A DNA stretch of 32,000 nt from Thermoproteus tenax Kra 1 (GCF_000253055.1 NC_016070.1:540001-572000), one strand, 5' to 3'; counted from the first letter of the stretch, positions 23,837 through 30,242 are shown. A program made the numbers and translations. Notes: generated by a model from the letters alone, not told the origin.

Positions 23837-24168
23837 CCTCGATTAAGTGCCCGGGCGAATACCGCGTAGGCAACGCAACCGTATCTCTGGACGAGTGGTG
23901 TTTTCTGAGAGATCCTCTCTCATGGAACGAGGAGGTAGCCGAGTGGCTTGCCGAAAACCTAGAGGGAATTCGCCTCACTGAGGCGCACTGGCGCGTCTTG
24001 AGATACCTCAGGTCCTACTGGGAGAAGTATGGCTTCTGCCCTCCGGTGAAGAGGCTCTTGATGGATTTGGGGGTGACCTTCAAGGATTTATACGACCTCT
24101 TTCCGTCGGGCCCAGCCGATGGCGCCTGCAAAATAGCAGGCTTGCCCCGGCCGGGAGGTTGCGTATAG
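23833..24168 (+). CDS. dsrC: DsrC/TusE family sulfur-relay protein with both C-terminal cysteines
   Basis: The 111-aa protein shows the family pattern ...W.EEVAEWLAE..GI.LTEAHW.VLRYLR.YW...G..PP.... The C-terminal arm is DGACKIAGLPRPGGCV, with CysB 11 residues before the penultimate CysA. Confidence 0.9.
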   Translation: MTSIKCPGEYRVGNATVSLDEWCFLRDPLSWNEEVAEWLAENLEGIRLTEAHWRVLRYLRSYWEKYGFCPPVKRLLMDLGVTFKDLYDLFPSGPADGACKIAGLPRPGGCV

Positions 24169-24265
24169 TATCGGATCGCCGCAAGGCGGGGCTATAGCCA
24201 AATCGGCGTTCCCTCTTAGTTTCAACGTCAAACTGCAATTTAAATACACGGTACTATCTACCCCC

Positions 24266-24694
24266 ATGAGCGCTGAGGAGAGAATCTTCAGAGCTTTGTC
24301 AGATCCACAGAAACAGGAGGCTTTGGCCGCTTTGTTGGAGAATATCGATGTAATAAAGGACCTCGTCGCTCTTCTGGCCGAACTTAAGAACGCCGGCGTA
24401 CTTGAGGGCTTGGCCGGCCTCCTGGCCCTCATGAGGGCCTTTTCCGGAGATCTATTGGGCAGAGATGTGGCAGAGAAGGCCGCCAAGATGTTAGACCTTG
24501 CCTCAGCTTTCTCCCTCCTTGGCGCAAACGTGAACAATGTGGCGTGTCTCTCGAGGGCTGTGGCCGAGGCTGACGCCTCAAATCCAGCGGGGATATACAG
24601 CCTTGTCAACTCTCTACAAGACCCAGACGTGCAGAGAGGGCTAGGCTACTTCCTCTCATTTATGAAGGCCTTGGGCAAGTGTATCAGGGGCTAA
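24266..24694 (+). CDS. DUF1641-like helical protein (orphan copy)
   Basis: The C-terminal motif LQDPDVQRGLGYFLSFMKALG and an N-terminal Leu-rich helical region are shared with the ORF at 29640-30242. CAATTTAAATAC lies about 25 nt upstream of the ATG. Confidence 0.6.
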   Translation: MSAEERIFRALSDPQKQEALAALLENIDVIKDLVALLAELKNAGVLEGLAGLLALMRAFSGDLLGRDVAEKAAKMLDLASAFSLLGANVNNVACLSRAVAEADASNPAGIYSLVNSLQDPDVQRGLGYFLSFMKALGKCIRG

Positions 24695-24723
24695 CACTAT
24701 TAAACTCGTAGTTTGAGTAGGCC

Positions 24724-25017
24724 GTGTCAGAGTTTCGAACTCCCGGCGAGGGCGAGATGTTGGGGAAAGTTTTGGAGATGTTGGGAGATAACAGAGTTAA
24801 GGTAATATGCCAGGATGGAAACGTGAGAGTGGCGAGGATACCGGGCCGTTATAGAAAGAGGCTGTGGCTTAAGCCCGGCGACTACGTGATAGTCGCCGTC
24901 TGGGACTTCGACCCGAACAAGGGGGATGTGGTACACAAATATGAGAAGAGGGATATCGATGAATTGAGGAGGAGGGGCTACGGAGAGGTCATCGATAATT
25001 TGGATAAGCTCGCCTAG
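24724..25017 (+). CDS. eif1a: translation initiation factor aIF-1A
   Basis: The S1/OB-type eIF1A pattern is GEMLGKVLEMLGDNRVKVICQDGNVRVARIPGRYRKRLWLKPGDYVIVAVWDFDPNKGDVVHKY. The start codon is GTG. Confidence 0.9.
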   Translation: MSEFRTPGEGEMLGKVLEMLGDNRVKVICQDGNVRVARIPGRYRKRLWLKPGDYVIVAVWDFDPNKGDVVHKYEKRDIDELRRRGYGEVIDNLDKLA

Positions 25018-26420
25018 GGGGCATAGACGTACGGTATCTGGAGCATCTCGGCCACATCTCTATCTAGTGAGGCCACGTCCTCGGGGCCTACGTCGGCCAC
25101 GTCGTATTTGCCCAATGCAGATGTCAACATTTGTATCTCCACCCTGAGAGACTCTATGTAGTTCTCAACTCCCTTCGAGCCGCGCGCCAGCGCGGCTATC
25201 AAGAAGGGGCGCGCCATATAGACTGCCGAGGCGCCGAGGGCCAAGCTCTTGACGACGTGGCCTCCGTCGTAGAGCCTCCCCGCTATCAAAAGCGATATCT
25301 TTCTGCCCTCGGCCCTCGCTTTTCTTATTATCTTGAGGCCGACCAAAGTGGGGTACCCCAGATCTTTCATAGCCGCGGTGGGGGCCATACCTGTGCCCCC
25401 CTCCTTTCCATCGATTACGACGGCCGAGGCGCCTTCCTCGTCGGCGATCCTTATTACGTCCAAGGCGTCGCGGAACGGCCCCAGCTTTATCCATATCCTC
25501 GCCCTTGGATAGGCCGTCTTCATGAATCTGATAGTCCCAGCCAGGATCTCGGCGGTGAATGTGCCAGGTACAGAGTATCTTGTTATGAACTTTTTGCCAA
25601 GCTCAGACTCGTCGAATTTGTACTTGGCCCTAAGCTTCTCCACTTGCTCCCTCGGTATCTTTATAACGCCGCCGAGTCCCGGCTTCGCCCCCTGCCCTAT
25701 CTTTATCTCGAAGCCTATCCTGCCCTCCTCAATGTAGGGCTCCACGTCCTTGTCGCTGTACACCCTGTTCCACAGTTCATCGTAGGCGTCCTCCACGCTC
25801 TGCTGTATTATTATGCCGCCTCTCTTGTCGATATTCGTCAAATACGCCATGAGCCTTTCCTTAAACGCAGGGTGGCCCCTCGTCGCCCTCTTGGCATATC
25901 CTCTGACTGTGGCCACGTTTTCCCCTATCGCGTAGACAATGCCCGCCTTGGCAGCCGCCTTGGCTATATCTATAGCTGTCTTGCTCGCTATATGGGTCGA
26001 TCCCATAGATCCCACAGCTACCGGCAAGGACGATATGAACCCGCCTATCTCGCTCTCAGTCCTCACGTCCATAAAGATGGGCTCCCTTAAGAGCTCGGCC
26101 GCCTTCTCCAACCTCTTGGGGGTAAATGCAGGCGGCATAAGCACTACTGTGTCCAGCGTCTTGAAACGGGGGGTACCCTTGTAGAAGGCCCCGGCGCCTA
26201 ACACGGCGGAGCCATACGACGATAAGAGGCCGAAGGGGTAAACCGACTCCTTGCCTCTCAAGGCTCTATATGCTATCTCTCCTACGGGATAGTCGGAGAG
26301 AAACTCCTTCACGCCTCTGAAGAGGTAGGTAAGGCCCTTGAACAGAACGGCCAGTCTAGCCGGCAACATCGCCTCCGCCATTGTCGCTGTTTTTATCCAT
26401 ACTCCGGCAAATTTTCGCAT
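25014..26420 (-). CDS. divergent GltB-like FMN-binding (COG0069) family protein, third paralogue in the window
   Basis: It shares IKIGQGAKPGLGG, VVIDGKEGGTGMAP and LIAGRLYDGGHVVKSLALGASAV with GltB domain 2. It has YSVPGTFTAE where the 16195-18285 protein has SPAPHHDIYSIE, and it has no Cys-rich segment after the barrel. Confidence 0.75.
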   Translation of the reverse strand: MRKFAGVWIKTATMAEAMLPARLAVLFKGLTYLFRGVKEFLSDYPVGEIAYRALRGKESVYPFGLLSSYGSAVLGAGAFYKGTPRFKTLDTVVLMPPAFTPKRLEKAAELLREPIFMDVRTESEIGGFISSLPVAVGSMGSTHIASKTAIDIAKAAAKAGIVYAIGENVATVRGYAKRATRGHPAFKERLMAYLTNIDKRGGIIIQQSVEDAYDELWNRVYSDKDVEPYIEEGRIGFEIKIGQGAKPGLGGVIKIPREQVEKLRAKYKFDESELGKKFITRYSVPGTFTAEILAGTIRFMKTAYPRARIWIKLGPFRDALDVIRIADEEGASAVVIDGKEGGTGMAPTAAMKDLGYPTLVGLKIIRKARAEGRKISLLIAGRLYDGGHVVKSLALGASAVYMARPFLIAALARGSKGVENYIESLRVEIQMLTSALGKYDVADVGPEDVASLDRDVAEMLQIPYVYAP

Positions 26421-26421
26421 A

Positions 26422-26458
26422 AATGGCCGTAATATGATAATATTTTTGCAGATAGGCC
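26422..26458. promoter_or_regulatory. promoter box 1: AATGGCC, then a 22-nt AT-rich TATA region, then GATAGGCC, directly upstream of the minus-strand ATG at 26420
   Basis: I read this directly from the sequence. On the gene strand it reads GGCCTATC-N22-GGCCATTT-ATG. Confidence 0.45.
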
Positions 26459-26623
26459 AGCAATTTAGAGTATTTATTTCATTTTATCCCTTGTAAAGAT
26501 GGTTAATTTCCTTATCGCCTACATGTTTTTTGTTTTTATTTCGCCACTATTTTCGGTAAAATTGCCAGCATATTCCGTGCTGTGAAAGAAAGAAAATGAG
26601 TTTAACTACGGATTTATTGGTAT

Positions 26624-26664
26624 AATGGCCTATCATTATTTAATAATATCACTTGGGATAGGCC
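26624..26664. promoter_or_regulatory. promoter box 2: an 8-bp inverted repeat GGCCTATC (26627-26634) / GATAGGCC (26657-26664) bracketing a 22-nt AT-rich TATA region, 2 nt upstream of ATG 26667
   Basis: I read this directly from the sequence. It has the same architecture as box 1, so it is a candidate operator overlapping the promoter. Confidence 0.45.
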
Positions 26665-26666
26665 CC

Positions 26667-27716
26667 ATGCCCTACGTTCACCCCGCCGTCCTTGAGTTTG
26701 AGAAAATGGTTTCAGACAAAGAGGCCTACCGCAGACAACTGGAGGAGTGGGTTAAGTACTCATGGCGGTGGGCCCGCAACGATAAATACAAGCTGGTATT
26801 CCGGGTACAAGCGTCAGCGTTGAGAGCCATGAGGGAGTTCTTGGACTCGAAGGGCTTCGTAGAGGTCCTGTCGCCGATAGTGGGGCCCGTCACAGATCCC
26901 GGGATTAGAGGCGCCAAACAGGCCACAATAGATTTCTATGGCGCTGAATACAAAGTGATGTCCTCCGCTATACTGTACAAACAGTACATGGCCGCCTCAC
27001 TGGGCAAGATATATTTCGTCAGCCCCAACATACGCCTTGAACCCAACGACAGCATCTATACAGGCAGACACTTAGTTGAGTTCTATCAGCTGGATCTCGA
27101 GATGTACAAGGCCTCATATGTCGACGCAATGGATCTAGCCGAGGAGCTTGTGGCGTATACAGTCAAGTACATAAAGGATGTCCACGGAAAGGAGCTCGAA
27201 GAAAAGCTGGGGAGACAACTGCCTGAGTTCAAGAGGCCCTTCAAGAGATACAGCCACAGAGAGGCGATAGAGTACGTCAATAAACTCGGCTGTAAGAATC
27301 CGCCTAGGGAGGAGCTCATGTGGGAGTGCGAAAAAATCATGTCGTCCTATCACGACTCGCCGTTCTTTGTGTACGACTACCCGAGGGGCGCAAGAGGCTT
27401 CTATGATAGAGAGGATCCCGAGAGGCCCGGGATTCTCCGCGACTTCGATATGCTTTACCCCGAGGGCTTCGGCGAGGCTATCAGCGGCGCCGAGAGGGAG
27501 TTCGAGCCCGCCAAGTTGGTCGCAAGGATAAGAGAGATGGGCGAGGATCCCATGAAGTACTCTTGGTTCCTCCAGATGGCTAAGGAGCTGTACCCTCTAC
27601 AGACCGCGGGGTTCGGCATAGGCGTGGAGAGGTTGACGAGATATCTGTGCGGCCTTAGGGCGGTCTGGGAGGCCCGGCCCTACCCGAAGGTGGCCGGAAT
27701 AGTCGGAGGGCCCTAA
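26667..27716 (+). CDS. class-II aminoacyl-tRNA-synthetase catalytic-core paralogue without anticodon-binding domain (AsnA-like / archaeal asparagine synthetase A-like)
   Basis: Motif 1 is GFVEVLSPIV, motif 2 is IRLEPNDSIYTGRHLVEFYQLDLEM and motif 3 is GFGIGVERLTRYLCG. Only about 45 residues precede the core, which leaves no room for an OB-fold. I prefer ATG 26667 over track start 26625 on promoter spacing. Confidence 0.7.
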   Translation: MPYVHPAVLEFEKMVSDKEAYRRQLEEWVKYSWRWARNDKYKLVFRVQASALRAMREFLDSKGFVEVLSPIVGPVTDPGIRGAKQATIDFYGAEYKVMSSAILYKQYMAASLGKIYFVSPNIRLEPNDSIYTGRHLVEFYQLDLEMYKASYVDAMDLAEELVAYTVKYIKDVHGKELEEKLGRQLPEFKRPFKRYSHREAIEYVNKLGCKNPPREELMWECEKIMSSYHDSPFFVYDYPRGARGFYDREDPERPGILRDFDMLYPEGFGEAISGAEREFEPAKLVARIREMGEDPMKYSWFLQMAKELYPLQTAGFGIGVERLTRYLCGLRAVWEARPYPKVAGIVGGP

Positions 27717-27732
27717 GAGGGCCCAAAAAAGT

Positions 27733-28140
27733 TTAGATAAACAGGACCTGGCCGCCCTTAGCTTGTTCTAAGAAGGTGGTGACGCCTACTACATCGTCGA
27801 CGAGCGTTGGGTCGAAGTCCTCCTTCTTCAGACCTGCGGCCTCGGCCATCATCGAACAGACGTATACTTTGGCGCCCATAGACTTCGCTTGTTTTAACAT
27901 GTCCTTCCAGCTGGGAGCCTTGAGGCGGGCCATCCCCTCCTTAAGTTTCGGAACCATGCCCTCAAACTCCTTGGGCCACACCTCGCCCATCGGCTGCTTG
28001 AGCAATTTGAACATGGCCCATCCAGTGAAGAATATGTATACCTCATAGCCCAAAGCGGCGGCCGCCTGAGATATTACTCCTACTGGTATCATTTTATCGT
28101 CGGTGCCCGTAAACACTATCATTGAAATTTTGTCTGCCAT
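27733..28140 (-). CDS. DsrE/DsrF-like family sulfurtransferase (DsrE3/COG2210-like)
   Basis: The 135-aa protein has MIVFTGTDDKMIPVGVISQAAAALGYEVYIFFTGWA, the conserved Cys context AKVYVCSMMAEAAG, and the C-terminal GGQVLFI. I place the start at ATG 28140 (MADKISM). Confidence 0.75.
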   Translation of the reverse strand: MADKISMIVFTGTDDKMIPVGVISQAAAALGYEVYIFFTGWAMFKLLKQPMGEVWPKEFEGMVPKLKEGMARLKAPSWKDMLKQAKSMGAKVYVCSMMAEAAGLKKEDFDPTLVDDVVGVTTFLEQAKGGQVLFI

Positions 28141-28172
28141 GAGTTTGTTGAACAAAATTCCTATTTCTACTC

Positions 28173-28193
28173 TATTACATGAAAAATGTAATA
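28173..28193. promoter_or_regulatory. inverted repeat TATTACAT-gaaaa-ATGTAATA in the dsrE/tusA divergent spacer
   Basis: The repeat has perfect 8-bp arms (28173-28180 and 28186-28193), read directly from the sequence. It lies just upstream of the GCTTTATTGG box that precedes ATG 28224. Confidence 0.4.
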
Positions 28194-28223
28194 AGAGCTT
28201 TATTGGGACTGGCCCTAGCTCCT

Positions 28224-28463
28224 ATGAGCGAGGGCCGAATCAAAGTCGACGCAAGGGGCATCGCGTGTCCTGGGCCTATAACGGAGCTCGTCAAGGCGTA
28301 CCGAAACGCGAAAAACGGAGATATAATTGAGGTATGGGCCACCGATCCCGGCTTCAAGCCCGACGTAGAGGCTTGGATTAAGAGGACTGGGAATCGGCTC
28401 CTCGAGCTCAGACAGGAAGGCAACGCCATAGTGGCCGTTATCAAGGTGACCGCCAAGAAATGA
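28224..28463 (+). CDS. tusA: TusA/SirA family sulfur carrier
   Basis: The CPxP motif is in DARGIACPGPITELVKAY and is followed by GDIIEVWATDPGFKPDVEAWIKRTGN. A start at ATG 28224 gives a typical 79-aa length. The track start at 28179 lies inside the inverted repeat. The stop overlaps the next ATG (ATGA, 28460-28463). Confidence 0.85.
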   Translation: MSEGRIKVDARGIACPGPITELVKAYRNAKNGDIIEVWATDPGFKPDVEAWIKRTGNRLLELRQEGNAIVAVIKVTAKK

Positions 28464-29647
28464 ACAAGAAGAGGGTCGTCATAGTGGGAGGCGGAGCTGG
28501 AGGGGCCATTGCGGCGAATAACTTGCCTACCAATGAATTCGACGTAGTTGTCGTAGATAAAAACGCCTATCATTACTATTGGCCTTGGCTATTATATATA
28601 GCTTTCAAGGGCTCCAAGAGGCCTATCAAAAAAGAAATAAGAGAGCTGTTGAGACCCAAAGTCTCCTTCATCCAGAGCTCTGTCACAACGATAGATCTGA
28701 ACGAAAGGCGCGTCGTCCTAGAGGGCGGCAAGGCGTTGAGCTACGACTACTTGATAGTCGCCACGGGGTCCTATCCAAATTACCAGCTCATCGGCGGGCA
28801 CGAGAAAGTAGCTGAGAAGTACGGAGACTACCATTCAACGGAGGGACGCGCTTGGGCCGTGTGGAATACTATCAACTCTCTTAGGAGGGGTACTCTGGCC
28901 ATCGTGGTCGGCGGAGATCCGTACAGGTGCCCCCCATCGCCGTTGGAGGGCGTCTTTCTGTCCGAGGAGTTCTTCAGAAGGAGGGGGCTCCAAGATATAG
29001 TGGATATAATATTCGCCGTCCCCTACCCGCGCCCCTACCCAGCTGAGCCCATGAACGAGGTGGTGGAGCCCATTCTGAAAGAGCGAGGGATCGATTACAG
29101 GACCTTTTTTACGTTGGACAGGATCGATGACGAGAGAAAGGTCGCCGTCTCCATGGAGGGCGAGGAGTTGAAATATGATGCGTTGATCGTAATTCCGCCG
29201 CACGTGGGCGCAGATATAAAGTATAGGCCTGAGGACGTTTTGACGCCCGATAGATTTGTCCAAGCCGATAAATTTACTAACAATATAAAGGGCTTCGACG
29301 ATGCGTTCGTAATAGGGGATGCGTCGGCGGTGCCTGTGGCCAAGACTGGTGTGACGGCCCATCTTCAGGCAACTGTAGTCGCCCAACGACTACAGGGCAT
29401 TGACGCGAGGAACACCGGCCGTACAAACTGTCCATTCGATCTGGGCTACGGCCTGGGCGCTTTCGTTATCAGCGACTACAACCACCCGGTGGTCAAGCTG
29501 CCGCCGTCTCGCTTCTCCCACTTGGCCAAGATGGCGTTCGCGGCCGCCTACTGGGATATGGTGAAGTATCCCGAGCTTTGGAACCCTATATTCGACGCCT
29601 ACTTTGAGGCCACCGAGCCGGAGAAGTTGGGTAGAATCTATGTCTGA
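28460..29647 (+). CDS. sulfide:quinone oxidoreductase-like FAD flavoprotein (pyridine nucleotide-disulfide oxidoreductase superfamily)
   Basis: Motifs present are KRVVIVGGGAGGAIAA, YDYLIVATGS and FVIGDASAVPVAKTG. There are only two Cys, in SQR-like contexts: DPYRCPPSPLEG (compare ..SCFGPAYE in SQR) and TNCPFDLGYGLGAFV. Confidence 0.75.
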   Translation: MNKKRVVIVGGGAGGAIAANNLPTNEFDVVVVDKNAYHYYWPWLLYIAFKGSKRPIKKEIRELLRPKVSFIQSSVTTIDLNERRVVLEGGKALSYDYLIVATGSYPNYQLIGGHEKVAEKYGDYHSTEGRAWAVWNTINSLRRGTLAIVVGGDPYRCPPSPLEGVFLSEEFFRRRGLQDIVDIIFAVPYPRPYPAEPMNEVVEPILKERGIDYRTFFTLDRIDDERKVAVSMEGEELKYDALIVIPPHVGADIKYRPEDVLTPDRFVQADKFTNNIKGFDDAFVIGDASAVPVAKTGVTAHLQATVVAQRLQGIDARNTGRTNCPFDLGYGLGAFVISDYNHPVVKLPPSRFSHLAKMAFAAAYWDMVKYPELWNPIFDAYFEATEPEKLGRIYV

Positions 29648-30242
29648 GCTCGACGTATTAGCCGCCCAGAACTTGAGCAAAGTGTTAAGCCCTGAGTCTC
29701 TGGGCGCGTTGGCCAAGTTCCTAAACATCCTTGTGAAGGCGGACAAAATAGGCTTGTTGGACACAATTAACGATCTCTTGGACGAATCGGTGACGGCGGA
29801 ATCGGCGCGGGCCCTCTTGACTACGGGCGTCTTTTCCGCCATGTTCAACTTTGAGAGGATATCCTCCCTCTTGGAGTCTCTATCCAAAAACGCCGAAGCT
29901 CTGGAGAGGGGCCTCAAGTTCATTGAGGCTCTGGACAGACTCGGGCTATTACAGAGTCTCGGCGATCTAGCCGATGAAGAGGTCGTAGGCGAGGCGGCAA
30001 GGGCGTTCTTGAACACCGGATCGTTCTATGTCTTAAACGAGATGCCCAAGATCCTCGATATATTTGCCAAGCTCAGGCTCTCCCACGCCCTCGAAAGCGC
30101 CGCGAGTGAGGTATCAGACGAGCCTCCCCCCTCGGCCGTAAACATCGTCTCACAACTGTTGTTAGACGAGGACGTGCGCAGGGGCCTTGCGTTCGTCATA
30201 AAAGTAGCGAGGGAAATAGGCGTCTCTCTGAGGGCTAAATAG
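29640..30242 (+). CDS. DUF1641-like protein with repeated helical units, translationally coupled to the SQR-like gene
   Basis: The ATG overlaps the upstream stop (ATGTCTGA, 29640-29647). Leu-rich units are LAKFLNILVKADKIGLLDTINDLLDE and LKFIEALDRLGLLQSLGDLADEE. The C-terminal LLDEDVRRGLAFVIKVAREIG matches the motif of 24266-24694. Confidence 0.6.
   Translation: MSELDVLAAQNLSKVLSPESLGALAKFLNILVKADKIGLLDTINDLLDESVTAESARALLTTGVFSAMFNFERISSLLESLSKNAEALERGLKFIEALDRLGLLQSLGDLADEEVVGEAARAFLNTGSFYVLNEMPKILDIFAKLRLSHALESAASEVSDEPPPSAVNIVSQLLLDEDVRRGLAFVIKVAREIGVSLRAK

Noticed and set aside
24724-24760. The sequence GTTTCGAACTC, which resembles a tRNA T-arm.
   Set aside because: It lies at the 5' end of the aIF-1A coding sequence, and no acceptor, D or anticodon stems can be drawn around it.
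25131-26090. A 319-aa plus-strand ORF, the longest ORF in the track without an assigned function.
   Set aside because: It lies entirely antisense to the well-supported GltB-like gene (25014-26420). Its translation is Arg/Pro/Gly/Leu-rich with no recognisable motif, which is typical of the mirror frame of a GC-rich gene.
28620-28627. A fourth copy of GGCCTATC, and the similar GCCTATCATTA at 28564 (compare 26628).
   Set aside because: Both lie inside the SQR-like coding region. One chance occurrence of an 8-mer is expected in 32 kb on both strands, and there is no promoter context.
28835-30016. Minus-strand ORFs 28835-29386 (183 aa), 29095-29343 and 29390-30016 (208 aa).
   Set aside because: They are antisense to the SQR-like and DUF1641 genes, which have clear motifs and translational coupling. 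The products are Arg/Ser/Pro-rich and of low complexity.
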